Positions 49,961 through 61,556 of a DNA stretch of 62,899 nt are shown here, one piece after another (the stretch's first letter is position 1; each line of letters starts with the position of its first letter). Location: positions 1 through 62,899 of the forward strand of contig CAKNRV010000005.1 in assembly GCA_930991035.1 (NCBI GenBank). Reading direction: 5' to 3'. Made by a program: the position numbers and the translations under genes. Source of the stretch: an uncultured Clostridium sp. (GTDB lineage Bacteria; Bacillota; Clostridia; TANB77; CAG-508). The notes under the pieces are model-generated. The model was not told the DNA's origin and ran no database searches. It worked only from the letters and a program-made list of their open reading frames with translations.

Positions 49961-50298
49961 AAATTCTCATTCCTCTCTTGTTTTTTACATTTATATTTTG
50001 TTCTAATTTCATAATGGTAAGTTTATATTTCCACACTTATGTATTTTTATTGCATAGATATTATTAAATTTTATATAAATAATTTATATAAAATCCGAGT
50101 TTTACGGTTTTTTATATATTTTAAAAGTTGTAGTAATTATCTTAAATCCAGCATATTATTATGTTAACATAAGTTTTGACTAAAATCAAATGTAAATTTT
50201 ACCATTTTATGCTTTATATTTGTCAAAAAAAAAGATTGTAAATTAAATTTACAATCTTAAAAATCAAAATAAAAAACTGTGCACAATCTTTTATTTTA

Positions 50299-50565
50299 CT
50301 ATGCATTAGCAGCATTTAATTTTTTAGCTAAGTTAGATTTTTTTCTTGCAGCTGTGTTTTTTACTATAACACCTTTTGTACAAGCTTGATCTATTTTTTT
50401 AGTAGCAACTGATAAAAGTTTTGTTGCTTCTTCTTTATTATTGCTTGCTAAAGCTTCTTCAAATCTTCTTATAGCTGTTTTGTATTCAGATTTTATCATA
50501 TTATTTCTTAGTGTTTTCTTTTCTATAACACCTACTCTTTTTATAGCTGATTTTATGTTTGGCAT
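50299..50565 (-). CDS. rpsT: 30S ribosomal protein S20
   Basis: [10 protein letters not shown]...KNTAARKKS. Confidence 0.98.
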   Translation of the reverse strand: MPNIKSAIKRVGVIEKKTLRNNMIKSEYKTAIRRFEEALASNNKEEATKLLSVATKKIDQACTKGVIVKNTAARKKSNLAKKLNAANA

Positions 50566-50728
50566 ATTTTGCACCTCCTTTTATGTCTCGTAAATTATAA
50601 CGTATATTATTGTATCACGAAAATAGCATTTTGGCAAGTCTTTTGAAAAAATTCATTTTTTTATGTAACTATCTTTTCAATATTACCAATGCTATACAAT
50701 GGTATATTAATAAGCCAATCTTCTTTTT

Positions 50729-50766
50729 AACTCCCACAAAAGTCAAATGACTTTTGTGGGAGTTAT
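50729..50766 (-). terminator. Hairpin downstream of gatB
   Basis: TAACTCCCACAAAAGTCA/TGACTTTTGTGGGAGTTA. Confidence 0.7.
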
Positions 50767-50836
50767 CACATTTTTCAAAGGACTTTTGTGCAAGCCTGCA
50801 TATTTTTCAAAGGGGTTTTTGTTGAAAATAAAATTT

Positions 50837-52282
50837 CTATTCTTTGCGCAACTGTTCTAAGAACATTTTGTTAAGCATTTGTGGGTTAGCTTTTCCTTTT
50901 GTCTCCTTCATTGCTTGTCCTACTAAAAATCCAAGTGCTCTATCCTTTCCTGCTTTATAGTCTGCTACTGATTGTGGATTATTGCTAAGTACTTTTTCTA
51001 CTACTTCTTTTATAGCACCCTCGTCAGAAATTTGTATCCATCCTTTTTCTTTAATTATATCTTCTGGGTCTCTAGGATTTTCAAATAGCTCTTCTACAAC
51101 TTTTTTGCCTATTGCAGAACTGATTGTACCTTTGTCTATTAGTTCAACTAATTTAGCTAGTTGCTCTGCTGTAAATGGTATTTGGTCTGGTTCCATTTCT
51201 TTTTCATTTAAAATTCTTGATACATCAGAAAGTAGCCAGTTTGCAACTGCTTTTGCATTTCCGCAGATTTTTTCTGCTGCTTCAAACATATTTGATAAAT
51301 ATTTTGAACTTGTTAAAAGTCTTGCATCTTTTTCTGATAATTTAAAGTCATTTAAATATCTTTCTTTTCTTTTTTCTGGCATTTCTGGTAAGCTATTTTT
51401 TATATTTTGTATATATTCTTCTGACAAGCGTATTGCGACTAAATCTGGCTCTGGAAAATATCTATAATCTTGTGCATCTTCTTTGTCTCTCATAGAAAAT
51501 GTTTTTCCAGAAACATCGTCCCATCTTAATGTTTCTTGCTCTATTGTTCCTCCCTGTTCTATAACTTCAACTTGTCTTTCTGCTTCGTATTCTATTGCTC
51601 TTGTTATAGCTCTAAAAGAGTTCATATTTTTCATTTCTGTTCTTGTTCCAAATTCTTGCGCGCCCTTTTTTCTTACTGAAACATTAACGTCTGCTCTAAA
51701 TGAACCTTCCTGCATCTTGCAGTCAGATACTTCTATATACTCTAATATTGATTTTAACTTTTTCAAGTATCTATCAACTTCTCCAACAGAACGCAAATCT
51801 GGTTCTGATACAATCTCTATTAAAGGTACACCTGCTCTATTTAAGTCAACTAAACTTCCTGCACCAAATTCATTATGGTTTAGTTTTCCTGCATCTTCCT
51901 CTATGTGAATTCTTGTAATTCCAATTTTCTTTGGATTTCCGTCATCGTCTTCTATTTCTATATATCCACCAACACAAAGTGGTTTATCATATTGTGATAT
52001 TTGATATGACTTTGGTAAGTCTGGGTAAAAATAGTTTTTTCTATCATTTTTGCTATTTCTTGAGATCTCGCAGTTGGTTGCAAGTCCTGCTCTTACTGCA
52101 TATTCTACTACTTTTTCATTTAGTACTGGTAATGTTCCTGGCATAGCCATACATATTGGGCATACGTGTGTATTTGGCTCTGCGCCAAAAGTTGTAGGAC
52201 ACGAACAGAATATTTTTGTTTTTGTAGAAAGCTCTGCGTGAACTTCAAGTCCCATTACCTTTTCAAAATCTGTATTTGACAT
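50837..52282 (-). CDS. gatB: Asp/Glu-tRNA amidotransferase subunit B
   Basis: GLEVHAEL, RKNYFYPD, NRAGVPLIEIV and YRYFPEPD. Confidence 0.98.
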   Translation of the reverse strand: MSNTDFEKVMGLEVHAELSTKTKIFCSCPTTFGAEPNTHVCPICMAMPGTLPVLNEKVVEYAVRAGLATNCEISRNSKNDRKNYFYPDLPKSYQISQYDKPLCVGGYIEIEDDDGNPKKIGITRIHIEEDAGKLNHNEFGAGSLVDLNRAGVPLIEIVSEPDLRSVGEVDRYLKKLKSILEYIEVSDCKMQEGSFRADVNVSVRKKGAQEFGTRTEMKNMNSFRAITRAIEYEAERQVEVIEQGGTIEQETLRWDDVSGKTFSMRDKEDAQDYRYFPEPDLVAIRLSEEYIQNIKNSLPEMPEKRKERYLNDFKLSEKDARLLTSSKYLSNMFEAAEKICGNAKAVANWLLSDVSRILNEKEMEPDQIPFTAEQLAKLVELIDKGTISSAIGKKVVEELFENPRDPEDIIKEKGWIQISDEGAIKEVVEKVLSNNPQSVADYKAGKDRALGFLVGQAMKETKGKANPQMLNKMFLEQLRKE

Positions 52283-52295
52283 TACTTTTCCTCCT

Positions 52296-53768
52296 TTATT
52301 TTTTGCACAAACTTGGTTGAAATTTATCTCTAAATCTATACTCCTGCTCAAACGTATACGCTGCATTTAGTATTGTTTCTTCCGCGAATCTATTTCCTAT
52401 TAGTTGCATTCCAATTGGCATTTGCTTGCTATCTACACCACAAGGAATAGAAATTCCTGGTAATCCTGCAATATTTACAGAAACTGTACAAATATCAGCC
52501 AAATACATTTCTAATGGGTTATTTGACCTTGTACCAATTTCAAATGCTACTGTTGGTGATGTTGGTGTAAGTAGTACATCATATTTTTCAAAAGCTTTTG
52601 CAAATTCTTTTTTTACCAAAGTACGAACTTGTTGAGCTTTTTTATAGTATGCATCATAATATCCAGAAGATAACACATAAGTACCAAGTATTATTCTTCT
52701 TTTTACTTCTGGTCCAAAACCTTCACTTCTTGAATTTCTATATAATTCTTTCAAGTTTGTAAAATGCTCTGTTCTATGACCGTATCTTATTCCATCAAAT
52801 CTTCCCAGGTTTGAGCTTGCTTCTGCACAAGCAATTATATAGTAAGTTGCTAATGAATACTTTGCTATATCCAAAGATATTTCTTCAACAGTTGCTCCTA
52901 ATTTTTTATATGTTTCTATTGCTTCTTCTAATTTTTCTTTTACTTCCGCATTAATTCCTTCTGCAAAAAATTCTTTAGGCACACCTATTTTTAAACCTTT
53001 TACATCATTTTTCAATGCTTTTGTATAATCCTTTTTCTCTATATCATAAGATGTTGAATCTTTTTCGTCGTGCCCAGCAATTATATTTAATAACATTGCT
53101 GCATCAGTTACATCTTTTGTAATTGGTCCTATTTGGTCTAATGATGACGCAAATGCTACTAGTCCATATCTTGAAACCAAGCCATAAGTTGGCTTTAAAC
53201 CTACTACACCACAGAATGATGCTGGTTGACGTATTGAGCCACCGGTATCACTTCCAAGCGCCCAAGGCACAAGTTTAGCTGCAACAGCTGCTGCACTTCC
53301 ACCAGAAGACCCACCTGGTACTGTATTTAAGTTCCAAGGGTTAGATGTTTTCTTAAAATATGAATACTCTGTTGATGCTCCCATTGCAAACTCATCCATA
53401 TTCATTTTTCCTAAATCTATTAGACCTTCTGAAAGTACTTTTTCTGTAACTGTTGCATTATATGGAGATACAAAGTCTTCCAACATTCTAGAACTACAAG
53501 TTGTTTTTATTCCTTTTGTACAAATATTGTCCTTTATACCTATTGGAATTCCTGCTAGTTCTGATTTTATCTCTCCGCTTTCTCTTTTTTTATCTATCTC
53601 TTTTGCCTGCTCTAAAGCTTCATCACATAATGTTGTAACAAAAGCTTTTACATCTTTTTCTTTTTCATTTATTCTATCTATGTATGCCTTAGTTATTTCT
53701 TCAGAAGTGAGCTCTTTATTTTTTATTTTCTCTTTAAGCTCGCTTACGGTTAAATTAGTAATATCCAC
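52296..53768 (-). CDS. gatA: Asp/Glu-tRNA amidotransferase subunit A
   Basis: Amidase signature [20 protein letters not shown]. Confidence 0.98.
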   Translation of the reverse strand: MDITNLTVSELKEKIKNKELTSEEITKAYIDRINEKEKDVKAFVTTLCDEALEQAKEIDKKRESGEIKSELAGIPIGIKDNICTKGIKTTCSSRMLEDFVSPYNATVTEKVLSEGLIDLGKMNMDEFAMGASTEYSYFKKTSNPWNLNTVPGGSSGGSAAAVAAKLVPWALGSDTGGSIRQPASFCGVVGLKPTYGLVSRYGLVAFASSLDQIGPITKDVTDAAMLLNIIAGHDEKDSTSYDIEKKDYTKALKNDVKGLKIGVPKEFFAEGINAEVKEKLEEAIETYKKLGATVEEISLDIAKYSLATYYIIACAEASSNLGRFDGIRYGHRTEHFTNLKELYRNSRSEGFGPEVKRRIILGTYVLSSGYYDAYYKKAQQVRTLVKKEFAKAFEKYDVLLTPTSPTVAFEIGTRSNNPLEMYLADICTVSVNIAGLPGISIPCGVDSKQMPIGMQLIGNRFAEETILNAAYTFEQEYRFRDKFQPSLCKK

Positions 53769-53800
53769 TTGAAATTTCCTCCTTGTAAAATTATGTTGTT

Positions 53801-54091
53801 TTATTCAATTACTTTTGGTATCTTAAACATATTTCTTTCTTGCTCCTTAGCATTTTGAAGTAAAGCTTTGTTATCTTCAAAAACTTTTACATCGTCTTTT
53901 CTAAATACATTAAACTTGTCCGCTTCTCCAATTGTTTCTTCTAGTCCTTCTGTATTTGCATTGTTAACTATATCAGCAAAGTTTAATATATCTTGTAAAT
54001 TTGCTAAATAGTTATCTATTTCGTCGTCTTTAATTTCTAAGTCTGCAAGTCTTGCTATATGCAATAACTCTTCTTTACTAACGCTTGCCAT
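53801..54091 (-). CDS. gatC: Asp/Glu-tRNA amidotransferase subunit C
   Basis: [21 protein letters not shown]; operon context. Confidence 0.94.
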   Translation of the reverse strand: MASVSKEELLHIARLADLEIKDDEIDNYLANLQDILNFADIVNNANTEGLEETIGEADKFNVFRKDDVKVFEDNKALLQNAKEQERNMFKIPKVIE

Positions 54092-54288
54092 ATTATCATT
54101 CCTTCCTGATTCAATATGTACAATTATATATGCTTTTTCCAAAAATTACAAGTGGTTTATGGCAGAAAAACAGGACAAAAGAAGGTTTTTCTTTTGTCCT
54201 GCTTAAGTTGGATTAGAGTGATTGATTGTTGACATTCTCATAACTAATCACTTTTGTTGATATTATTTTATTTAAGTACTGTTCATAT

Positions 54289-55233
54289 TTATTTATTATC
54301 GTCTTTTTCAATTATTACATCAGCTGGTTTACCTGCTTGCTCTTGTTTTTTTCTTTTTCTGTTACTTATTATTGAATATATTATTATAATAACTATTATA
54401 ACTATAATTATTATTGATAGTATCATTGGTATATTTACACCATCTTCGGAGTTTTGCATTATATTGTCTGCTGTTTGTGTAAATGTATTTGCAATCATTT
54501 CTTCTATTGTAAGCGAAGTATTATAATAATTTGCCTCAAAATATCCCCATAAAATGCTTATTGCTTCATTATCCATAATTGTATCTGCACTATATCCACT
54601 TAAATATCTAAACTCTCCTTCCATTTCTTGTTTAGAATCGTTTTTACATTGGAAATATGCAAATATAAAGTGACCTTCGTCTTCAAATCTTTCGTCATAA
54701 ATTTTATTTAAATAGTCATCTGCTGCTGTTACATTAAGATTATTTCCATTCCAAAGTTCTTCTGAGTATGGCACAAAAAGTACATATGGTTGAATTCCAG
54801 TTTCTTTATAAAAGTCTTCTAATCCGCTTATTAGCACTTTTTCACTACTAATCCATCCTAATTGGTCATCATACCAATCTGTTTTGGTTACTACCCCTTT
54901 CAATGCTTCTCTTTGTTTTGTACTTTTTTCTACATTTGATGTGTTATTTGATGTTCCTCCAAAAAAATCAAATGGAATATATGACATCATCATTATAAAA
55001 AATATTATAATGATTAAAATTCCACCTCCACAGCCGCAACCTGTTCTTCGAGGATATCCAAACCCATATCCAAATATTGGTCCCATTGTGAAGTGTGGTC
55101 CTGAGCTATGGCCAAATCCTCCTCCACTGGAAAATCCTCCTGAGGATCTACCTCCACCAGAGAAACCTCCTGAGGAACGTCCTCCTCCAAAGCCTCCTCC
55201 GCTTCTTCCTGAGCCTCCACCACTTCTTCCCAT
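54289..55233 (-). CDS. Membrane protein with Gly/Ser-rich N-terminus (TPM-like extracellular domain possible)
   Basis: GGRSSGGF repeats, two TMs flanking a soluble domain. Confidence 0.75.
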   Translation of the reverse strand: MGRSGGGSGRSGGGFGGGRSSGGFSGGGRSSGGFSSGGGFGHSSGPHFTMGPIFGYGFGYPRRTGCGCGGGILIIIIFFIMMMSYIPFDFFGGTSNNTSNVEKSTKQREALKGVVTKTDWYDDQLGWISSEKVLISGLEDFYKETGIQPYVLFVPYSEELWNGNNLNVTAADDYLNKIYDERFEDEGHFIFAYFQCKNDSKQEMEGEFRYLSGYSADTIMDNEAISILWGYFEANYYNTSLTIEEMIANTFTQTADNIMQNSEDGVNIPMILSIIIIVIIVIIIIYSIISNRKRKKQEQAGKPADVIIEKDDNK

Positions 55234-55301
55234 TATATCACTTTCCTTTCACAATTTATTTAGGTTTTTAATGTTATACCTATAAAACTTATTTTTATAT
55301 A

Positions 55302-55362
55302 AGTGTCCCAAACGTTCAAGTTCTTGAACAAAAGGCAGTAGTCCCAATTGTTCAACTGTTCA
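55302..55362. repeat. REP-like palindromic repeat, copy 3 (degenerate)
   Basis: AGTGTCCCAAACGTTCAAG..TTGAAC..GTCCCAATTGTTCAA. Confidence 0.7.
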
Positions 55363-56037
55363 AATTAAGCCTTTTATCTTATCATAAACTTCTTCGCTTA
55401 TATCCTCTATTGTTCTTATCTTGCCATCTTTTACGCATTTTATTTCACACCAATTATATTTTTTTACCAGCTTTAATGCTTCGTTGTAAGCATCTTGCAA
55501 ATGAGTTTTACTACTCTCGTGAATATCCTTTTTTTCTTGGTGTGTTATTTTGTTTGCTCTTGTTTCCATTAGTTTTTGAGAATATTCTATTGGCATATTT
55601 AAAAATATAACTTCTGTCGGTACTGGGAGTTTATATAAATTAAATTCAAAGTCCCATAACCAGTTTAAAAATTTTTCTCTTTCTTCATCATCTTTTATTT
55701 TTCCTGCCTGATGTACCATATTTGCTGTTGTATATCTATCTGCTAAAATGATTCCTCCGTTATTATAGTACTCTTCATACCCCATTTTAAAAGTCGCATA
55801 TCTATCTGCTGCATAGAATGTAGATGCTATGTATGGACTAATTGATTGCGCATCAGATCCAAAATCGCCATTCAAATACATTTTTACCAATGCTGAAGAT
55901 GGGCTATCATAATTTGGGAAACTTACTGCCCTATAATCTATTCCTTCTTTTTCAAATCTTTCTTTTAATCTTTGAAGTTGCGTTTGTTTTCCGCTTCCAT
56001 CAGTTCCATCAATTACAAATAACTTTCCTTTTTTCAT
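55360..56037 (-). CDS. tmk: Thymidylate kinase
   Basis: IDGTDGSGKQTQ, SFPNY and ADRY motifs. Confidence 0.88.
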   Translation of the reverse strand: MKKGKLFVIDGTDGSGKQTQLQRLKERFEKEGIDYRAVSFPNYDSPSSALVKMYLNGDFGSDAQSISPYIASTFYAADRYATFKMGYEEYYNNGGIILADRYTTANMVHQAGKIKDDEEREKFLNWLWDFEFNLYKLPVPTEVIFLNMPIEYSQKLMETRANKITHQEKKDIHESSKTHLQDAYNEALKLVKKYNWCEIKCVKDGKIRTIEDISEEVYDKIKGLI

Positions 56038-56056
56038 TTTTACTTTCGTTCCTTTC

Positions 56057-56974
56057 CTAAAACAAATATCTCTTTATAAACTTTCTTACTGTATGCCAAT
56101 ATTTTTGTGGGTCTATGCTTTCTGCTTCTGCGTGAGCTGCACCTTTTGCCACATACTTTTCTTTTTTGCAACTAGCTGCTTCATATAATTTATCTAACAT
56201 CCAAAATGGTACAAATTTATCCTTATCTCCGTGAATAAACAATGTTGGTATTTTAGATTTTTTTATTTGTTTTAAGCAAGATGCTTTTTTTAATGAGTAT
56301 CCTGCCCTAATTATGGTTATTATATTTGCATTATATAAAGCTGGAAATGCTGGCATATGAAATAAATATTTAAGTTCATACTTGAATTCGTCCCAAACTG
56401 ATGTATACCCGCAATCCTCTATTACCATTCTAACATTACTTGGCAGATTTTCTCCACTTGCCATCATTACTGTTGCAGCTCCCATAGAAATTCCATATAA
56501 TATTATTTTTATATTTCCATAAGTAGCTATAAGGTAGTCTATCCACAAAATCAAGTCGTCCTTATCAAGCCAACCCATTCCAATGTATTTTCCTCCGCTT
56601 TTACCACTAGTTCGTAAATCTGGCATTAGTACATTATAGCCATATTCTATAAAATGTTTGGCATATTCCACCATTGAGATTGCTGACTCTGTATAGCCGT
56701 GTACTGCAATCACCCATACATTCGATTCTTTTTTATTTAAAACCTCATAGCTATGTAAGTTAACTTTTTTGTTTTGTATAAATATATCTTTAGCATTTTC
56801 TTTAAGCCATTTATCATTTTCTATTTTTTTTAGTTCTTCTTCGTCGTCATATTCTTTATTAAATATGATTGATTTTGAAGACTTCGGATTTAATGCTAAA
56901 TTAAACAAAAAGTTTCCTGTAATAAATCCCGTAAAAATAATTATACATAATAGAAAAATTATTAAAATAATCAT
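56057..56974 (-). CDS. alpha/beta hydrolase with N-terminal anchor
   Basis: HGY, GISMG, HGDKD and H motifs. Confidence 0.92.
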   Translation of the reverse strand: MIILIIFLLCIIIFTGFITGNFLFNLALNPKSSKSIIFNKEYDDEEELKKIENDKWLKENAKDIFIQNKKVNLHSYEVLNKKESNVWVIAVHGYTESAISMVEYAKHFIEYGYNVLMPDLRTSGKSGGKYIGMGWLDKDDLILWIDYLIATYGNIKIILYGISMGAATVMMASGENLPSNVRMVIEDCGYTSVWDEFKYELKYLFHMPAFPALYNANIITIIRAGYSLKKASCLKQIKKSKIPTLFIHGDKDKFVPFWMLDKLYEAASCKKEKYVAKGAAHAEAESIDPQKYWHTVRKFIKRYLF

Positions 56975-57104
56975 ATTTAATCTTATTCTCCTATGAATTT
57001 TATCTGCATTTGTTGTTTCAAATTATATAATACAATCCACATTTTTTCAAGAAAATTGTAGATTTTTCTAAAAAAGGTTACAGTAACAGTTGATTATAAG
57101 AAAA

Positions 57105-57203
57105 GTAGCTTCGCCATATATGCGTTTTGCTTCGCAAATACGCACGGACCAAGGAAGCTTAACCTTGTTGTATAGCAAAAATCTTCGATTTTTCCTATAC
57201 AAT
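57105..57203. repeat. Cluster of short hairpins (REP-like)
   Basis: TGCGTTTTGC-TTC-GCAAATACGCA and TTGTATAG..CTATACAA; contains GCTTCGC twice. Confidence 0.45.
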
Positions 57204-57204
57204 A

Positions 57205-57238
57205 AAAAAGACTACATCACATAATGGTGTAGTCTTTT
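57205..57238 (-). terminator. Intrinsic terminator
   Basis: AAAAGACTACA..TGTAGTCTTTT. Confidence 0.75.
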
Positions 57239-57280
57239 CCAGTACTATCCTATGAAGGACTGTACTTAGGAGATGGATAT

Positions 57281-57808
57281 TTAATCTCCAGTATTTTTCA
57301 GATAGTTTATGACTCCATAAATGAAGTCCGCATTGTTGAGCTTTCTAAGGTCTTTTGGAAAAAAGCTCTCAATTGCTCTTAATTTTGGTTTCCTTTGTTG
57401 TACTGCTTTACGAATGGCCTTTTTCATTTCATTTCTTAAGATTTCTATACTAATATAGAAATCTTTGGCAAGATAAGGATATAGCTCCTTTACTATACTT
57501 ATCTTTTCAGGTTTCTTAATACAGTACCGTATCCCCTCAATGAGATACTTTCGTCCCTTGCTGTCTGGAATACCAATTTCTGTAAGCAGTTCCGAGATTT
57601 TTTTCAAATTAACCAAGCGCTCTCCTCTGTCGAAGAGTATGTTGTTTTCTTCTCTCAAGTCATATACAATTGACTTAAGCTCACTTACATCTGTCATCAG
57701 TCTGCTAATTACTTTTAGTAGTTCCTCCTGACTAAGACCTTGCAACTCCTCCTCAAATCTTCTTTGTTGCCGTTGTCTATCGTACGTCGTTTCCCGTCGT
57801 CCGTACAT
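57281..57808 (-). CDS. Coiled coil plus Spo0A C-terminal DNA-binding domain protein
   Basis: LLTEIGIP..KGRKYL.EGI..KELYPYLAK..AIRKA..N.DFI resembles Spo0A_C; no receiver domain. Confidence 0.78.
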   Translation of the reverse strand: MYGRRETTYDRQRQQRRFEEELQGLSQEELLKVISRLMTDVSELKSIVYDLREENNILFDRGERLVNLKKISELLTEIGIPDSKGRKYLIEGIRYCIKKPEKISIVKELYPYLAKDFYISIEILRNEMKKAIRKAVQQRKPKLRAIESFFPKDLRKLNNADFIYGVINYLKNTGD

Positions 57809-57975
57809 ACTGACATCTCCTTTTTATAAATTATTGCACCTTTTGTGCAACACATATATTATATCATTTTTGCCATATTATGTCAATTTCACTTTCCGTC
57901 TTTCTTTTTCTAACTACAACTCTTTTCTATTCTTCGCGTTTTATAAATAGCCATTTTATCAATTTTTATATCAAC

Positions 57976-58013
57976 ATAAAGCTCAACAGCTTATTTAAAC
58001 TGTTGAGCTTTAT
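57976..58013 (-). terminator. Intrinsic terminator
   Basis: ATAAAGCTCAACAG..CTGTTGAGCTTTAT. Confidence 0.75.
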
Positions 58014-58050
58014 TATGACTATTTTAGCTAAACTAAAATAGTATGGAGAT

Positions 58051-58581
58051 TTATTTCAGGTAATTTATTAACCCTTTAATCAGCTCCTTGTTGGTCAATT
58101 TTCCCCTCCTAGAGGTATCGGTTATGCCAAAAATCTCATTAAATTTTTCCGTCTTATTGGCAACTATATCTATAATTGCCATTCTTATGCCTTTTTCTAT
58201 TCCACTTTGAGTTGTTTTTAATGTCTTTGCTAGACTTGGATATATGTCATGACACAACATAATATCTTTTTTATCCTTGCAATACATTATTGCTTCGCAG
58301 ATGTATTCACGACCAACTGCACTATAACTAAGTCCAAGCTCTGTTAAGAGATTGTTTATATTTTCTCTTGTTATATTTTCATTGTCTTGAACTACATTAT
58401 GTGCTTTTCCTTTTTGTAGCCTTGCTACGTCTGCCCTGAGTCTTAGCAATTCTTGCTTTAGCAGTTTTACCTCTCCTTCTAGCTTTAAAATGCGCTCTCT
58501 GTTTAACCGTTCTTGCGAGTCTTGTATCCGCTCGACAGCATTGTTTTGGGTTTTCTGATTTTTCATTTCCTGTTTTGTCAT
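58051..58581 (-). CDS. Coiled coil plus Spo0A C-terminal DNA-binding domain protein (paralog)
   Basis: LLTELGL..GREYICEAI..IYPSLAK...TT.SGIEKGIRMAI..KLTNKELI; start MTKQ after GGAG. Confidence 0.8.
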   Translation of the reverse strand: MTKQEMKNQKTQNNAVERIQDSQERLNRERILKLEGEVKLLKQELLRLRADVARLQKGKAHNVVQDNENITRENINNLLTELGLSYSAVGREYICEAIMYCKDKKDIMLCHDIYPSLAKTLKTTQSGIEKGIRMAIIDIVANKTEKFNEIFGITDTSRRGKLTNKELIKGLINYLK

Positions 58582-58779
58582 TTGCGACATCTCCATTTTT
58601 TTAAATTTATTGCACATTTGTGCAACATCTTTATTATACCATTTTCGTCACTTTATGTCAATTTAATTTAACATCTTAAAAAGTATGCAGTTACTGTTCA
58701 CAACTTTATTTTATAGCAAACAATGTATGTTTTTATTTTAAACTATGAATTGTAGTAGCTACAGATTGAATATATTTTA

Positions 58780-61383
58780 TTAATTTCCATAATAGCTATC
58801 AATCAATATTTGCTTTAATTCTGTTACTAATGGCACTCTAGGGTTTGCAGTAGTACATTGGTCTTCAAATGCTCTGTCTGCAAGCATATCTACTTTTGCT
58901 ATGAATTCTTTTTCGTCTATTCCAGCATCTTTAAAGCAGTTTTCTATTCCTAAGTCAGCATTTAATTTTTTAATTTCCTCTATTAATGAATTTACGCCCT
59001 CTTCGTTTGTAGAAGCTGGGAAGTGCATTCTTCTAGCTAAATCCGCATACTTTTTGTCAGCTATAAAATATTCATATTTTGGGAATGATACAAATTTTGT
59101 TGGCTTACTGCTGTTGTACCTTATTACATAAGGCAATAGAATTGCATTTATTCTACCGTGCGCCATATGGAATTCAGCACCAATCTTATGTGCCAACGAG
59201 TGATTAATTCCTAAAAATGCATTTGTAAATGCCATACCAGCTATTGTACTTGCATTATGCATATGCTCTCTTGCTTCTTTGTTATCTCCGTGGTTGTATG
59301 CTTCTCTTAGATTGTTAAATACAAGTTCAACTGCTTTTTCTGCTAAACCGTCTGTAAAATCTGATGCCATATTAGATACATAACTTTCTATTGCGTGTGT
59401 TAGTACATCCATACCTGTATCTGCTGTAATTCTTTTTGGCAGACTCATTACAAGCTCTGGATCTACTATTGCTACATCTGGTGTTAACTCATAATCTGCA
59501 AGTGGATATTTTTTGTTTAATTTCTTATCTGTAAGTACTGCAAATGATGTAACTTCTGAGCCTGTTCCTGAAGTAGTAGGTATTGCTACAAATTTTGTTT
59601 TTTCTCCTAGTTTAGGGAATTTATACGTACGTTTTCTAATATCCATAAATTTAAGTTTTAAGCCTTCTACATCTGCATCTGGATGTTCATAGAATAGCCA
59701 CATACCTTTTGCTGCATCTATTGGGCTTCCTCCACCCACTGCTATTATTACGTCTGGTTTGAACTCATTCATCATTTGAACTCCCTTGTTTATTGTATCA
59801 AATGATGGGTCTGATTCTACATCAGAGAATATTTCTGAATGTACATATTCATTTCTTTTTCTTAAATGATATAATATTTTATCTATATATCCTAAACTTA
59901 CCATTGATGGGTCTGTTACTATAAATGCTCTTGTAATATCAGGCATTTTTTCCAAATACCCAATTGAGCCTGCTTCAAAATATATTTTTTCTGGGACTTT
60001 AAACCATTGCATATTAACCCTCCTATTTGCAACTCTTTTAACATTAATTAGATTTACACTTGATACATTTGCTGTTGTTGAATTTCCTCCAAATGTACCA
60101 CAGCCAAGTGTAAGCGATGGCATATTGGTGTTATATATATCACCAATTGCTCCGTGAGTTGATGGAGAATTTACAATTATTCTTCCAGCTTTTACTGTTT
60201 CAGAAAATTTAAGTATTGTATCTTTATCCTCTGAATGAATTACTGCCGAGTGACCAAGTCCACCAAATTCAATTAACTTTTCAGCTAAAGCAATTCCTTC
60301 ATCCGCATTTTCTACTACGTAATATGCTAGAACTGGACTTAATTTTTCTTTTGAAAATGGATATTCTATTCCCACTCCATTTTCTTTTAATACAAGAACT
60401 TTTGTCTCTTTTGGCACTTCTATTCCTGCTGTTCCCGCAATTTTGTATGGGCTTTGTCCAACAATTGCTGAATTTAAAGCGCCGTCTTTTTCTTTAATGA
60501 ACATTGTGTCTCTTAGTTTTTGTGTCTCTTCATCTGATAAAAAGTAACATCCTGCTTCTTTCATTAATCTTTCGAACTCGTCTTTAATGTCTTTGTCTAC
60601 AATAACTGATTGTTCAGATGCACAAATCATACCATTATCAAAAGACTTTGACATAACTAAATCATTTACAGAAGTTTTTAGTTTTGCAGTTTTATCGATA
60701 TAGCAAGGAACATTTCCTGGTCCAACGCCAAGTGCTGGCTTTCCACAAGAATATGCTGCCTTAACCATTCCTGTTCCACCAGTTGCCAAAATTAAGTTAA
60801 CATCTGGGTGATGCATTAGCATATTTGTAGCAGTAACAGATGGTTCCTCAATCCATAAGATACAGTTTTCTGGTGCACCTGCTGCTATTGCCGCATCTCT
60901 TAATATAGTTGCTGCTGCAACACTACATTTTTGAGCAGATGGGTGAAAACCAAAGACTATTACATTTCTTGTTTTGGCTGCGATTATCGACTTAAACATT
61001 GTAGTAGAAGTTGGGTTTGTAACTGGTGTAACACCAGCAATAATTCCAATTGGTTCTGCTATTTCTACATATCCCTCTTCTTCATTTTCAGAAATGACTC
61101 CTACAGTCTTATCATATTTTATACTATGATAAATATATTCAGTAGCAAACATATTCTTTGTAATTTTATCTTCGTAGATTCCTCTTCCGGTCTCTTCTAC
61201 TGCCATTTTAGCAAGTTCCATATGATGCTCTAATCCTGCCATAGACATAGCTTTTACTATTCTATCTACATCTTCTTGACTTAATTTTAAATAATCTTCT
61301 GATGCTTTTTTAGCTTTTTCCATTAGAGTGTCTATCATTTGTTTTATTTTTGCTTGCTCTTCTTCACTGACTTCTTTTGCCAT
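58780..61383 (-). CDS. adhE: Bifunctional acetaldehyde-CoA/alcohol dehydrogenase
   Basis: ALDH part ([24 protein letters not shown]) plus Fe-ADH part ([22 protein letters not shown]). Confidence 0.98.
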   Translation of the reverse strand: MAKEVSEEEQAKIKQMIDTLMEKAKKASEDYLKLSQEDVDRIVKAMSMAGLEHHMELAKMAVEETGRGIYEDKITKNMFATEYIYHSIKYDKTVGVISENEEEGYVEIAEPIGIIAGVTPVTNPTSTTMFKSIIAAKTRNVIVFGFHPSAQKCSVAAATILRDAAIAAGAPENCILWIEEPSVTATNMLMHHPDVNLILATGGTGMVKAAYSCGKPALGVGPGNVPCYIDKTAKLKTSVNDLVMSKSFDNGMICASEQSVIVDKDIKDEFERLMKEAGCYFLSDEETQKLRDTMFIKEKDGALNSAIVGQSPYKIAGTAGIEVPKETKVLVLKENGVGIEYPFSKEKLSPVLAYYVVENADEGIALAEKLIEFGGLGHSAVIHSEDKDTILKFSETVKAGRIIVNSPSTHGAIGDIYNTNMPSLTLGCGTFGGNSTTANVSSVNLINVKRVANRRVNMQWFKVPEKIYFEAGSIGYLEKMPDITRAFIVTDPSMVSLGYIDKILYHLRKRNEYVHSEIFSDVESDPSFDTINKGVQMMNEFKPDVIIAVGGGSPIDAAKGMWLFYEHPDADVEGLKLKFMDIRKRTYKFPKLGEKTKFVAIPTTSGTGSEVTSFAVLTDKKLNKKYPLADYELTPDVAIVDPELVMSLPKRITADTGMDVLTHAIESYVSNMASDFTDGLAEKAVELVFNNLREAYNHGDNKEAREHMHNASTIAGMAFTNAFLGINHSLAHKIGAEFHMAHGRINAILLPYVIRYNSSKPTKFVSFPKYEYFIADKKYADLARRMHFPASTNEEGVNSLIEEIKKLNADLGIENCFKDAGIDEKEFIAKVDMLADRAFEDQCTTANPRVPLVTELKQILIDSYYGN

Positions 61384-61556
61384 AGTTAATCACATTCCTT
61401 TCCACAGACATATTGTAAAGCGTTTGCAGTGCTATTTTGATAGAATATACTACTATTGCTTTTATTGCCCTGCTAGACAATATTGCTGTCCGCTTCTTTA
61501 TCATATATAATTAATATAACAAAGTCAAGTAAAATTATTCCAGAATCTTAATTTTT

